Source of the DNA: Lama glama
Lineage: Eukaryota
Direction: 5' to 3'
DNA: 64,000 nucleotides
NCBI GenBank assembly: GCA_028534125.1
Contig: CM052817.1
Span: forward strand, 87,546,001-87,610,000
Part shown: positions 39,231 to 56,285 of the stretch, in pieces
Layout of the letters: each line of letters opens with the position of its first letter
Position numbering within the stretch: the stretch's first letter is position 1
Position numbers and translations under genes: made by a program
Notes under the pieces: model-generated
The model's database searches: none
Told to the model about the DNA's origin: nothing
The model's input: the letters and a program-made list of their open reading frames with translations, nothing else

Positions 39231-40540
39231 ATCTGATATGAATTTTAGGAATTTCTTAGTCATTATCACTTCCAATTGTTCTCCTGTTATTTTGTTTCTT
39301 CTCCTTCTGGTACTCCCAGAACACATATATTATACCTTTTGTCTTGTTCCATAGTTCTTGTATATTCTATCTTTTTTTTCAAATTTTTTTTACTGGCTTT
39401 CGGTTTTGTTAATTTCTATTGACATGTTCTCATGGTCAGAGTTTTTTTTTGTTTTTGTTTCCCTCAACCATGTCTATTCTACAACTGAGTTCATCAAAGG
39501 TGTTATTCATTTCTGTTACAGTATTTTTTATTTCTTGCATTTCTTTTTGAGTCTTAACCATTTCTAACTCTCTGCTTATGTTATCTTTTTAGTCTTGCAT
39601 TGCTCATCTGTTCTTGTATGTTGTCCACTTTTTCCATTAAAGCTCTTACCATATTAATCACTGTTGTTTTAAAATCAATAGTTTCATAATTCCAACATTC
39701 CTGCCATTTCTGGGTCTGGTATTTAAGCTTGTTTTGCTTTCTCAAGCTGTGTATTTTGCCTTTTAGTATGTGAAAGGTGGACATAATGTACTCTGTAAAA
39801 GGAATAGCAGTAACTAGGCCTTTTGTAATGTAGTGAGAAGCTGTGGGATGTGAAGCGTTCCAGTCTTATGATTAGATCTGTCTTTGAGTAAGTTTGTGCC
39901 CCTGGGCTGTGAACTTTACAAATGCTTTTGCAATTGTTTTTAATTTTTCACCCCCAAAAGTAGTGCAGTATGGCTAGATGAGGCTGGAGTTAGGTATTTC
40001 CTCCTCCCCATGTCAGTTAAGCTCTAATAATACCCCAAAGAGTTAGACTCTTATAAAATAGTTTCTCTTTAGGTCAGATCTCATTAAATAGGATAGAGTG
40101 CTCTACTTCAGTGCTACATTTCTCCTCCCACTCTCGGAAGCATGATGGGATTTTTACGGTGAGAACCTGATAAAGCTCCTGAAGGTAAAACACACAAGAA
40201 TGTACCCACCCACCTTACTCAGGGACTGGGTCCCCCTGAGGTCTTTATCTCTGAGACATGTCCAAACTGAGCCTCCAGCAATTTTTCAGTTATAGTTCAG
40301 GTTTCTCTACAGTTCAGATTTTCTTCACAAGTTTCTGCTTGTGAGTTTCTGCTCTTGTACGTTGTACTTCTCTGTCTCTCTGTCTTTCCAAGTTTAGGGA
40401 AATAGTTTTCCCTGTAACCTCGCTCCACTGACAGATATAAGAAAAGCTGCTGATTTTTCAGTGTGCTCAACCTTTTACTTGTTGTTATGGACTGGCAACT
40501 TCTGAGCTCTTTACATGACAGACTGGAACATTTCAGATGT
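39230..40540 (-). mobile_element. L1 ORF1/5' region relic
   Basis: Minus peptide DFKTTVINMVRALMEKVDNIQEQMSN is L1 ORF1-like. Confidence 0.75.
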
Positions 40541-40819
40541 TTTTTAACAGAGTTTTCTACCCACTCCTCAGTTACTGTGTGCTTTGCAGCTAATTTCTGG
40601 TACTGGGCATGGCAGAGAATTACTATTAGACAGTGAGGCAAACATGTAGCTACTGACCTGGGCTAGAGAAGCACAAAAGTTCAGATCTGCTGCCTCCGGG
40701 CAGATGTAATTTTATTCCAGAACTCCCAGACTTAGTCTGGAACTACAGATAACTTTCCTTAAGTTTTCCTTCTCCATCCTGCTTCTTCATTCTTCTACAT
40801 AACATACCTAAGGAAAATG

Positions 40820-41590
40820 TCTAACCATAGATGCCTATGCTAAAAAAGAAGATGGATTTCAAATGAATAACTTATCTTTTCACCTTAAGAAATTAGAACT
40901 AGAAGAGTACGCTAAACGCAAAGCCAGCAGAAGGAAGGAAATAATAAAGATTAAGCAGAAATAAGCAAAACACAGCAAAAAGGAAAGAATTGAAAAATAA
41001 TAGGGAAAATTAATGTAACCAAAGTTGAGTCTTTAAGGGGTAACATTTATGAAAAAAAAAAGGAGAATATACCTTTGTCTATGAGCATTCTTAGGAGAAT
41101 TGAAAATACATATTCATGCAAAAATTTGTACACAAAAGTCACAGAAATATTATTTATAAAATCCAGGAAGTGGAAAAAAACCCATGTCCAACAAATGGTG
41201 AATGGATAAACAGAATGTGGTGTATTCATACAAATAAATATTATTCAAGCATAAAAAGGAATTAAGTACTGATGCATGCTGCAACATGGACAAAACTGTA
41301 AAACATTAGACTAGGTGAAAGCCAGAGAAAAAAGGTCACAAGTTGTATGAAAGCATTTATATACAATGTCCAGAACAGGCAAAGCCTTCAGGACATAAAT
41401 TAGATTATGGTTGCCAGGTGCTGGAAGGAGGAGAGAACGGGAGTAACTGTTCATGTCTGGATGAGGTTTCTTTTTGAAGTGATAAAAATTTTCTAAACTG
41501 CATAATGGTGATGTCACACAACCTTTTGACTATACTACAAACCACTAAACTGCACACTTGAAAATGGTTACTTTTATGCTATGTGATTTA
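40820..41590 (+). mobile_element. L1 fragments (ORF2 piece plus L1MB-like 3' end)
   Basis: CACCTTAAGAAATTAGAA..GCAGAAGGAAGGAAATAATAAAGATTA; AAAAGGAATTAAGTACTGATGCATGCTGCAACATGGA. Confidence 0.85.
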
Positions 41591-41619
41591 TAACTCAATC
41601 AAAAAGGATATCTATGATA

Positions 41620-42080
41620 ATTTTTGAAGATGCATTATTCATTATAGTCTCAATATGGAAGCAGCTCAATGTCCTTTCATGGTAAAAGGATAAATAATTT
41701 GTAGTATAGTCACACAACAGAATCATATATGATAATGACAATGAACACTTTACTCCTGCACTAAATAATATATATGAATCTCACTAAAACATCTTGAGGG
41801 AAAGTGACACAAGAAGATGTATGCTTTATGAATCAATTTGAATACAGTAAAAGTACCTAAAATTAATCTTTAGAGTTTAAAGTCAAGGTAGAAGTTACAT
41901 TTGAATGAGTGTGATAAGAAAATGATTGGGAGGGAGTTAGAGGGATCTAGAAAATATTCTGTTTCTTGATTTGAGTGGTAGTTACAGAACCATAATTATT
42001 TTTGTATTATTCATCAAATTATATGCTCAAAATTTCTATATTTTCTGTGTGTATATTATATTTTAATATAAATTCTAAAG
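41620..42080 (+). mobile_element. Old L1 (L1ME-like) 3' end
   Basis: AAGTCAAGGTAGAAGTTAC..ATATTCTGTTTCTTGATTTGAGTGGTAGTTACA. Confidence 0.65.
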
Positions 42081-44819
42081 AACAAAATAACTAAACAAAA
42101 ATCCATCAATATGTAGATTTCCTCAAAAACATTTTTGGCCATACTTTCTTAGGTCTATTCTGCTGTTTGCTCTTCTCAAGCTGATTTCTAATAATAGATT
42201 TTGTTTAAATGCAGTGATTTGCTACTGAATTTGTTTCTCTACCCTATACTTTATCTTTTTAAGGACGTATGACTTTTTTTACTTTTTCTCTTACAAAGGC
42301 AGGACAGTTTCCATCACATGTTCCAGCTAGAATATTATCAGATCACCCACTGAAAAATATATCTATTCTATTTCCTAAAACCTGAAAAAGCATAGGCAGG
42401 GAGGAGAATAAGCTGTTATTTAAAATAATAATAATAATAATATTAAAATAACATTCTAATTGTTTGAAGGTGAGCCTCCCTGACCTTTTGTAAAAGACTT
42501 GCTTTTTTTTCTCCCTACAACACTATGCCTTGTGGTCTAATTTCAAAATAGGTACTGCTGCCTCTGTAGTATAACAGTGTACGGGGAGCCTTCCTTGACC
42601 TTTGTAAGGAAAAAAGAAAAAAAGAAAAGAAAAAAATACTTCCATTTTGAAAAGAAGATCTCTTACTTATTTTGATCTGGCAATAAATCCCCCCAACATT
42701 TTTTTTTTCATAAACCAGTTATAAGACTTCTTTTACCCCTTGCAACTGACAGTATACTATCTGATAAAAAGTTAAAGCTATGAGTGAGGCAGGGATTAGG
42801 TTGACACTTTAAAGGAGTTGCAGTAAGAACAATTTATTGATAGCCCATTGAATAAGGGAAATTGTAGCATAAGAATAGGACTAAAAGATACATAAGGACC
42901 AAAAAATGCCGGTCTCTTAGGCCACAGTAAAGATTTATATCTGACTTTAAAAGTAGTGGGTAGCTATGGGAGATTTTTAAGCAGAATGACATGATCACAT
43001 TCTCAATATAATTTGGTTAAAATAAAAATAAATATTAAAATAAAATGAGATTATGATATAACTTCAGTACCACTTGCTTTTTGCCAGTTGTAATCTGTAC
43101 AATACAAATGTCTCTTATTATAAGTACTATGTATGAAATATTAGTGAATAAAGTAGTGGATAATGCTAGATTACCATTTTTAACACCTCCCTTGGTAATT
43201 CAGTAAAATAATGATGTGTCAAAATAATTCTAAGATTTGGCTTGCATTCAAACTGAAGCACTTTTTTGATTAACAAAGATTTGCTGAAATTACAATTATA
43301 AAGGCTTACTTTAACTTCAAGGAACCAGAATTGGCAATATGTCAAAATTGTGGTGCACTGGTATGCCACTGGCACATGTACAAAGATGAAATGAAATCTA
43401 AATCAAAATTGTGATTCACTACAGACTGTCAGATATGGTTTCCTGAGATAAGAAAATTCCATTGCAAATACCAATTAAAAAAACTCATAAGCACACACAA
43501 CACAATGAATCATGACCCTTATTCACTTTATGCAAAAAAAAATTAATAATAACATCCACCATTTCAGTGATATTGCCTTTGGAACTCAAATATGCTGTTA
43601 GTATTTGGCAGAACTTCAAACTGGGGATATTTTTAATATCTAAGGTGATGTAAATACAGATGGGTTAACAAAATCTGATGTGATATCATTGTACAAACTG
43701 CCAATATCTCTCAGAAGCTACGAGTTTTCTCTACTATGGCAAAGAATGCCACTAAGAAGATCATTTTTCTTCTCTTGCTTGATAGATTCAATTGTTTCAC
43801 TCAGGGGAACTTCAATATTGTTAAAAGCATCCTCTGTGAACGCTAAGATAAGACATGACCATGATACAAAACCAACAAGTAGCTATAAATATTTCCTCTG
43901 AACAAACTTGCAAAATAATCTGACTTTAACAAATTCACAAATGTGTAACTCAGAATTTACGTACATCTGTTTTTTGTTTGTTTGTATATGTTGCATGGTT
44001 AAAATGTGTGACAGTTATACCACATTTGTGTAATACAGAAAAAATATGTTGCGAAGTTTGGGTAGGTCCAATTTTGTTAATTCTTACCATTTTAATACAC
44101 TAAAAGACCTAATATAAATCCCTTAGGAAAGAAACTGAGTACCCATTGATTTACATTTGTGGTTACATTATTGGGGCCATTTTGTAGGTACCTAACTTTT
44201 TAGATTCTTCTCAAGATTTACCTATTACATTGTGAGTAGGAACTATTTCTAAGAAATTCTTTATATAGAATATCACAGTAGTTGGTGATATACATAATAA
44301 ATAGAGAGTTCCTTCCCTCTGGTGGTACAATTCTAAAATATTAACTAACATGCATGAAAACATATTTGGTTTATACTACTTTAAATTAAAACTCAAGAAA
44401 CCAATACCTTATTAAATGTAGATTTATTTTAAAACATTCTTGACCATTTGTAATCTGTTGTTAACTATTTTTGGTGGAAACTCATTGGGGTGAGTAAGTT
44501 GAATCTGACGTTTTCAGTTATAATTTTCAGTAGATGCCTCATTTAGACCTCCTTGCTTGTAAAAACACAAGTCTCACTACCAAACAAAAGTGAATTCAGT
44601 TTTATACAGAATATACCACACAATTTATTCCCTACGGTTATACAACTTGAGGTAGAGGAAAATCACCAGTTTGACTCAAGTGTTGAAAATGATTTGTAGG
44701 GAGAAAACTAAATTTTAAGAACTATTTGTAAGCAAATGTTAAAAGCAGAAAGGAAATATCTAGTAAATACTGAAATTAAAAATTAGATATAAATAACGAA
44801 AACTGTCCAAGGTTTAGTA

Positions 44820-45240
44820 GATGCATACCCTACAGCCATTTCTACTCTTGTTTCTTCCTAGCATAAGCCCATTCTGCAAGGAACTTGGAAAGTTGACTCC
44901 TTCCTCAATTCTAGTGGCAGCTCTTGTCGGGTAAGTACGACAATAACGGACAATGAGAACTGAGGGGGAAAGCTGTTAAAAGGTTTCTAGGAAAGGTATC
45001 ACCTTCTGAGTGTTGCTGTGTTCAGTGTGGTAACAGGAATTCCTGCAAGCATCTTGAAAACCTGCCTGATGATGAAGCTGAGACAGAGTGAAGAGCAGGA
45101 GACTCCCCAGGAGAACTGGCACAGACATTCTGCTATACCTCACCTGAAGACACCTTAACTCTGAATATTTTGTTAAATAAAACTTCCTTTTCTCCTATCA
45201 GCTGGATTTCCTATTACTTGAAACCAAAAATATCCTGAGG
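44820..45240 (+). mobile_element. Old MLT1-type MaLR LTR relic
   Basis: GACAATGAGAACTGAGGGGGAA..GATGAAGCTGA..GGATTTCCTATTACTTGAAACCAAAA. Confidence 0.5.
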
Positions 45241-45695
45241 ATATTTAATTTGTTCTACTTTCTAAAATGTAGATTTAAAAGAATTTTTTTCTACCTGTTT
45301 TATTATTTACTTTTAAAAATTACATTATGAGGCATACTTTCTGAATGTAATACAAGTAAGCTAATTCTAAATCCTCAAAATATTAGCTGAATTTTACTTT
45401 AACAATTAAATTCAAAAGTGTCTTTAAAGTAGTCTCGTATTCCTCATGAAGTCTTGGTCTACACTAGAGGTGCTTTTCAATCATGGTCCCATCATTACAA
45501 GTAACTTAAAAAAGAGTTACTAGTTCCTATGGGAGTTGGTCTTTTAAAACATGAAATATGACCATTTTCATTTAAAAATGAAAGTTGTTTCTAGTTTATT
45601 CCTAAGAAAAACTGATTTTAGAAAAGTAGATATATGAAAAAATTAAATAAATAAAAATCATTTTCAGACAAGTCTTCATCATTGAAGGATTAGAT

Positions 45696-45701
45696 TTTAT
45701 T
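45696..45701 (-). terminator. Candidate polyadenylation signal (AATAAA) for PABPC4L, giving a ~3.5 kb 3'UTR
   Basis: TTTATT on + strand. The A-rich + strand tract at ~45637-45657 reads U-rich downstream on the transcript. Other hexamers exist (47188-47193, 45595-45600). Confidence 0.35.
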
Positions 45702-46839
45702 TGAGCTTTTCTCAATGGAGTTATAAAAATATTAAGAACATGAAAATACCAATCCTACACCACTTTAAAAAGCTTATTTTTACTAACTATAAATTTCCAT
45801 TTAAAAATTTAAAAATAAAAAATTTAAAAGGCATATATCTATTCAATTGGCTGTATATGCAAGCAGGCATCTATACAACAAACGACAATGTGTGTGGGGA
45901 AAGAAAAGGGAGAACAGAAGCAGTGGCTCAAGGCATCTCTGTATAAATTAACTTTTACTGGAATGTTTATCAGAAAAGCGAAGTTTTTTTTTTTAATTTA
46001 TCAAGGCACTTGGACATAAAAAGAATAAAGTTTCTTGAATTCATGAATCTCTACTGCTAAGATGACTTGATAGTATCACACACACACACACAATTTAGAA
46101 TGAGTAAAATTTAAATAATCAAGAAAATCTACAAGATCATATCTTTTGGTAAACTGACAATCATTTCTTATGGTAAATATTAATAATAAGCAATTTTACT
46201 AAAATGATATATTATTATCATGAAGCTATAGCTACAATTCATCTAAACATCTGATATTATGTTCTATTAATTCTTTTTGCATGTGAGAAGAGAACTAACT
46301 CAGTTCCCTGATATTATCTTGATAATCCATTTACAAGCATTATGAAACATTGTTCAAATATTTGAACATTTTGATAGAGTGAATTATCCAGAAAGAGCTG
46401 TCAAGGCTTGACACACCTACTACACTTCCCAGTCATGTTGCCTAGCACCTTTTCTTAAAAGCTCTCTCCTTTAGAGGTAAATACTTCTCAACACAGTGAT
46501 TCAAAGAGCCAATGAATTAGAGTTGGCTTATGGATTTCATATATATTCTTAGTGGATCAGTATTTACCAAAACATGTTAATAAAATTAAAGACACTTCAA
46601 AAATATTAATATAGGCTGTGGATAAGCTACTGTATAGACAAAAGTTTTGTTTAGAAAATACTGAGAATATGAAACTCTGAGTGTAACAGAAGATAATACA
46701 GATGAATTGTACGTATGTGGTTGGGGAGTATGTATATTTGAGGTGTTCAAAGTGTTTTGAAACATATTAAAGCCATCAAACTGAAAGATTTAGCTTTTGA
46801 CTTTGAAAATTTAACTTTGGAATGATTCTCAAAACTAGA

Positions 46840-47660
46840 AACAAGATAAGAGTATCAAGGAAAAAAAGTTTAAAATTTTGTCCTTAACATGTAAAGAAAT
46901 TGAACAAATCCATTTAAATAAAAAATATCCCAACAGGAAAATAGGCTAAGATCCTGAAACATTAGCTCACAATATGGCAGATGACCAGTAAATACAAGAA
47001 ATGCTGCTTAACTTTTGATGTAATAAAAAATAAAATAAATAACCATGAAATATTTTGTTTTTACATATCATCTTGAATTGAACTACTTAAACAAAATCCC
47101 TTCTTCTTAGAGTACAGGAAAATGAACATAGACACTCATAATGGAAATGTTAAGTGGCACAAGTTTCTGAACAGCATTTGGGTAATATTTATTGAAATAA
47201 TTTTTTAAAGTGCTGTCCTCTTAAACATTAATTCCAATGAATTATATATTTTCTTCAGAAAATTATATACATCAGCATACATAAGTTTGCAAGGGTTTTT
47301 ATCTTCAAGTTGTTTATGATAGAGGGAAAAAGAAAAAGAGAGGGAACAATCTAGCAACCTATACATTTATCAAGAAGAAATTATTATATTATGATACAAA
47401 CATTAACGGAAAGATATGTCATTAAAATTATAGTGCAAATAATTATTTGTGGTCATAGAAGCTGACTATGGCATATTGTCAAATTAAGAAAGCAATTTCA
47501 AACGAGGTTTATAGTATGATTCCATTTTCATTAAATTATGTGTATAAGTATAGAAAAAATTTGGGAAATGCAATAAATTTTAAAGATCTGTCTGTATAAT
47601 AAGATTATGTGTTGCTGTAATTTTTTTCACTCTCCATAATGTTTTCATTGTCTAAAAGAG
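46840..47660 (+). mobile_element. Old L1 (L1ME-like) relic antisense to PABPC4L, within its putative 3'UTR
   Basis: GGAAAATAGGCTAAG..ATGGAAATGTTAAGTGGCACAAGTTTCTG..TATAGTATGATTCCATTTT. Confidence 0.55.
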
Positions 47661-49219
47661 ACTTTTAATTTAGAAAATGTGCAATGCATATACATATAGT
47701 TCATACAAAAATAAACAAAACAGATTTTCTCATTCTTTCATAGCTAAAGTATTGCCAAAGAAAAATACTTTAATGTTTCTTCTGTTCTGGTAATATAAAA
47801 AACAGAAAACTTGAATATATGGCCATAAGAAACAACCAAGCAGAGTAAACAACAACAACAGAACTATTTTCTAAACACCTTTGGTAAGACTGAATCAGAA
47901 TTTTAAAATTAATTACTTAAATGTAAATAAATAACTCTTGCATCCATTTCCAAAGTGGATTTCAAATAGCACACAGTAAAAGTAAGTATAATAAAACCCT
48001 TTTTAAAAAGTACAGAGGAACTGAATAAAATTGACTAAAGGCAGGAGAGAAGGAAAGATCTGGGAATGAGACTGAAATAAAAATTGTGCTGGACAACGGG
48101 CTAAGTGATGTAACTTCAATTTATCAGAAAATCAATTAGTGAACTTCTGATCAATCCAGGCTAAATGTGACCCTTAATGGGTTACACAGCCCTTAAGGTC
48201 TGATAAAAGGAGACATAGAGTTCATAAAAATAAAGGATCTTACTTTTCTGAACCCTGAGACAGTATCACTACATGGAACAACATAAAACAGAGATTAGAA
48301 AACACAGTTGGTAAACAGAATATCTATGTTCTATATATATATATATATGACTTTTATAGTATTGGTATCTGGTTCAAGACTTAAGGCATAATTTTATATT
48401 GTGTATATGTAAAGAGAATTAAGACTAGGCCAACTTTTTTACCTGAATAGTTACAGGTTCATAACTTAAGGAATGTAGAAGTTAAGGTTCTACTATTCAA
48501 GTCACTATTTTGATAACCAGCAAGCACCTGAATGGTCAACCAATGGAAAGAACAGCAAAATATCCTATAAAGCAGGTTTGTAGGCAACATTAAAAACTCC
48601 ATCATTAATTTCAGACATTAGAAAAACAATCTTTTGGGGATACAAATTTAAAAGATATTCAACCATGTCCTAGTTCTTTAAACATTATTAAAACGAAATT
48701 AGATATCAAATTTGTAGTGGCGATTTTTAAATTTTGGTTTCTTTTAAAAATTAGATATGAAATTAGAAACTTTGTTTATAAAAGTAATTTTGCAATCCTT
48801 AGGTATAAGAACTACTTTGGGCATATTTTCATGGAAGAAATTAAAGCTAGCGATTTTAAAATAAGAAAAAAGTATGCAGTAAAAGCAAATAATTACCACA
48901 CTTCAGTTGGTTCAAAATACAATAAAATATATCTAACTATACTTTTGCTCTGAACACTACATTAAAATCAGAAAAATACATAATATTGTAATTAAATGGT
49001 GTGCTTCTGTAAAAAGAACCGGGCTTCTAAGGTTCAAATATTTTTCCTCGGAAGAAAATGAAATAGCTTTATATACAAAACCTTTGATCACAATGTTTAC
49101 CAAACTAAGAAGCCATCAGCTGGGATCTGAAATTTACTGAGGACAATTCAGGCAGAGATCACTAACATTCCCTACCCAACCTGCAGCAAACACTGGCTGG
49201 TGCAGTAAGTTTTCCTCTC

Positions 49220-51410
<2,191 letters not shown>

Positions 51411-52074
51411 CCTGCCATGTGTCAGCCTCAACTGCTGCTTGGATCCCCTTACTAAACTGACACGCTCGCCTTTTGTTCAGGGCCAACTTTACAAAACTGT
51501 TTCTCAGCAGTCAGTTTAGATACTCTTTCCAAATAGAAGTTTTCCCTATACAACTTCTGGAAAAGTTTAGGTTTCCCTCTTAGAAACTTACATACCACCT
51601 TGTATTTTCGTAGCATTTATCTAATTAAAATATATTGTACATTTTAGGACAGTAGGGACCATGCCTATTTTATTTGCAGGCTTAACTCAGAGACTTGCAG
51701 AAATGAGATGTTCAGTATTTATTGAAAGAATACACTGTGTGGAAGAGATAAATAGATGAGATACTTAACCTGAGGCTGGTTTTCATGCCCAGAGATATGG
51801 AGATAGTGTCCCTTGCCTCAGAGAGTATTGTATTAAATGATTAAATTAACTAATACATTGGAAATGTCTAACACAAGATCTGCACAGAATAGCTCTAGAG
51901 TAACATTGATTTCTTTTCCTCTAGCGTTAAATTCTTTAACATCATTTCCATAAAACCTTACATTTGAATCATCATACATCTTAAGGAATGTTACAAGCAA
52001 AACTGAACTGTCTGGTCTATATAAGGCTAATTTAGTGCCTTTTAAACTTTAATGGACATAGATATCCAGGAATG

Positions 52075-52195
52075 ATCTTGTCTGAAAGCAGATTTTAATT
52101 CAGTAATTTGGAATGATCTGGAAACTCTGCATTTCCAAAAAGCTCCTGAGTGATGCAGATTCTGTTGGTCTCTGAACTACTCTGAGTATCAAGAC
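52075..52195. mobile_element. MER5A-like DNA transposon fragment
   Basis: CTGCATTTCCAAAAAGCTCCTGAGTGATGCAGATTCTGTTGGTC. Confidence 0.7.
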
Positions 52196-55100
52196 TTTAC
52201 AGCTAAATGAGTGAGCCCCCAGGGTGGCATCTTTTCTAATGTAAGGTCTAGAAAAAGTGTATTTCTCTTTCAGAAGATAATGATACTCTAACAGAATTTA
52301 TTCTTAGTAATATATTTTTAAAAACACACACAACTAAACAGGAAGATGATTTTAACTATAAAACCCAAATTGCTTTTAACCTTTCTGATGCTAAATAATG
52401 GGTCCATGATTATTCCTAAATTAATCCTGAATAATGTTTTTTTTTTTTTTTGGTGACATTTATTCTGGTATGTGTTGCTCCTGTAGGATCATTTGTTCAA
52501 ATAAATAAAGTAAGTGGTCTTTTCTTCAACCATACCTTCTAGGCTGCAATTAAAAAAGGAAAAAAAGACCACTGACATAGTTGGTGGATACCACCAGTGG
52601 ATATCAGCACATAATTCAAAAAAATTTAAACACTATTTGGCACTGTTTAAAGTAAATAAAAGTGAACATCATATTGAATATTATCAGATTTCTAAAAGAG
52701 AAATTTCCTAAGTGTGTATTGCCAGAGAATTTTGTTAAGACTTTATATTCCTAGGAAAAATGCCTAAGATTACATTAGTTCTTTGTACAACAACAATCTA
52801 GCTATAGCAAGAAATGTTAAAATATTCCAAAAACTCATCGGCTTTTCATTTTCCTTCACTGTTATCTTCACTAAACATTTTGTGAAAATTGAAGTTACCA
52901 GATTCAGAATTCAGTCCTATATTTTTGTCTCTAATCAACCTACACACAAAAGATACAAATCTCAATTTGTTTAATGACCACCAGTCATGCTTCTTCCTAT
53001 TTATACTATTCATTACACTGTTTTCATGTTTATATTTGAACAAAGTAAGCATTTTTAAGCATCTGTGACTCTTCTCTCTCTTTAATTCTCTAAATTCACC
53101 ATTTTGTCAGTTGTGTTGATTCAATAATTTCTTAATTTGGGATGTCTTTTACATCTGCCCTTTCTGTTTATTCCCATTACCACTGCTTTTGCCTCATTTC
53201 CTTGTGTACTAGTGCATCAGTTTTATTCATTCATCTTCTTTTGTCTATATGCCAGTCTGTCTGTATGACATTCCATTGTGCATTTTGCTGCCAGATTAAT
53301 CTTACTAAAATTTCTTTTATAAGGTTTTAGTAAAAAAAAACAAATGACTTCCAAAACTCTGCAATATTAATTCTATCTTAGCTACATATACCTTCTGTCA
53401 AGCTAATTCATCATTTGTTTTATAAGTACCTGCAGTTAATTGTTTTAAAAATATCCTTTCCCTATGATTATCCAAATTCTACCATCCTTCAGTCCTGTTT
53501 TCACCAGTAATTCTCCTTTCTTTCAGTAGTGTAGCTGACACTGATTACTTTTCCTTTTCTGAAGTGATTTAACATACGCATTGTATATTTGTGTGTAATT
53601 TTGTTCGTTGGTCTTGATGGACCTTGACCTAAAACTCTCTTCTGTCGATTGTCTTCTGCTTTCCTTAGCCAATTGTTGCAGCTTTGCATATTGCTGACTT
53701 GCTTGTCTTAATGCCTCAAATATTCTGAAAACATTTCAATTCAGTGCCAATGTTTTGCCACATTTTGAAATAAGTTGTAAGTTTGCCCACCTTATGTTAT
53801 TTAACTCAATCACTATTCATCATACAAGTTGGTGGCTCATCGAATTAAAGAGGAAGTAAGATGTTTGGCTTAAATGGCAGGGAAACTGTCAGTGTTTCTA
53901 TTCACTGATACTGATGTTAATTGAGGTCATTGCTTATCTTAGTATATATTATGAAGAAATGAATAAAGAGCTATTTTGAGTATGAGAATGCATTTTAGAC
54001 ATCTCTTGTACTAATTCGCCAGAGTAGTTTCTGACGTCTACTTGAATCACTGCTCTGATGTAGTCAACTGTTAATAAAACTTTCCTTATTTTTGTCCAGA
54101 ATGGCCTTTATTATCTTAATAGAAAGTAATTACATGAATGAAACTTGCTTTATTATATTTTGAAAGTGCCATGTTCAATATTTACTCCAAAGTGTAATAT
54201 TGCATCTTTCAGATTATTTGGTTCTATTTGACAGTTATGGTCTCTTTTCAGTTGTACTTATTTTCTGTTGTTTTTTTTTTTCCAAAATATAGTGTTAATT
54301 TCTCAAGAATGAGGTATATGATTTACGTATCAGAGTTACACTTCTCCATTCAGAGCACATAGAAATGTCGCAAAAAGTAATGTTTGATTACTAGTAAATC
54401 TTGATCAATAGTTCAAATCAATCCAAAATACCATTTACCAGCAAAAAGTTAGGTAGGCATCATGCAAATAAAATGGAATAAGATACAGCATCTTTTCTCA
54501 AAAGTCTCAAGGCTCTTATTAGAAAAAGAAACTAAAACAACAATTTTAAAACAATGTAAAATCAAAAATCTGAAACATATATGATAGAAGTTTAGCACAG
54601 AATACAAATGATTCTACTTATAAGGGCCAAAGAAAGCTTTTTCAGAGAAGACAGTGCTAAAGAAAGCCAAGCTGTCTTTTTGTGAACTCCCTGGAAGTTT
54701 AAGGATAAGTAATGTTGGTGTCAACCAGTATCCATTTAATATTGCTGGAATACAAAGTGTGACGAAGAAAGTGGCAGTAATTGAAAGGACAAAGAAAATA
54801 GGCCAGAGTACTTCACATACTAGACTATGTTACAGGCTTCGTTCTAAATGAAAGCTATTGGAATAATTGATCTAAGAAGTGACTTGTTTATATTACATTT
54901 CAGAACTGTAATGTGAAGATTATGTGAAAGACATGGAGTCCTCGAAACATGAAGCAGGGATAATGTAAAGATGCAGAATCATGAATCATTCTGAGTATGA
55001 AAATGCATTTTGAAATAAAAAGCTGTTATACTAATAAGACCAAAGTGTTTCTGAAGTCTGCTGGAATGGTTGCTGTGAGGTAATCAACTATTTTAGTAAA

Positions 55101-56285
55101 ATAGTTCTAGGTATTGACAATATGGTGATTAAGACATAATTGATGTTGGACAATATTTGTTTAAACTTCTAGTCTGATTGCCCTCAGATAGATTCTTCAT
55201 TTTGTCACATTGCCCTCCCTACTTTTGTATAGCCCCTCTCCTTTTTCCAGAACTCTGACTTCATCTTTCTGCTTAACCTACATTGTCAAAGTCCGGAAAG
55301 CTGCTCACCCCGTATTCTCAGATTCTTCAGTTAGTTTCTACAAAACAATCAGACATTCCATCACCAGGGCTGATCACATCTTATAACAGAAATCCATTGT
55401 ATGATTAAGCCAAAATCTCTTCAACCCTAACAGGGGTAGTTAAGGAAGAACAGAGGAAGTGAATGGGTCTGAGAAACCCCTTCTTGGCCAGCTACTTCTT
55501 CTTAATGGAACCCATGTGCCACTGTAAAAGAGATTCTGATTGGCTCTAACCTTGATGAAGAGAGAGAGTTTGAGGGCTACCATCTTACTCTTGTTGCCAG
55601 GGAAGATCTATCATCTTCCATAGATATGTTCATTGTATTACTGGTCATTCACACATGAATGTTTTTCTGACACCCAAATGTGGATCTGTTGTCTACTTTG
55701 GACAGAGATCTTTTTCTGCTCATCATTTTAGTCTTTACTCGTCTACACTGCAACTATTATAGCATTAGTCAGCCAAATTCCCATCTAGAAAACCTTGTTC
55801 CAGGTTCCACAGGCTTAACCTCAGAGGTTTCTGCATTAAGATCCATGGGTGTCAGTGCTTTAGAGGAAATGGTTCAAGATTGGCAGGGTCACTGGGATTT
55901 TACCCTTAGGTGTTAGCGGTTTCTCCTTCTCATTCTCCTTTACCAACACATGCTTATCTCTGAAGGGAGCCTCATGAAATAATGTGAGCAGGCTGTTACC
56001 TGTTTAGACTGGGTAATTACCTCCTCTGTCACCTTGCCAGGCCTACTTCTGTAACTGGGCAGAAAAATTTTATAAAACAATAACTTTTCTGCTTGGTCCC
56101 AGGTTTTGGCTGCAAATGGCAAATTCCAAATACCCCCAAAGTTCTTCTAGATGTAGGTTTTCCTATAGCTTGCTAACTTCTGTCTTTAAAGTAAAATCTT
56201 TTCTTCAGGTAGAAATTCCTTAGATCTCATCTTGGTGTGTAACTGCATTTTCTGACACTTGCTGTTATGCCTAACTGCAGGAAGC

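Noticed and set aside
42472..42608. Two similar ~22-bp motifs GAGCCTCCCTGACCTTTTGTAA / GAGCCTTCCTTGACCTTTGTAA
   Set aside because: Too short and imperfect to support a functional or structural claim.
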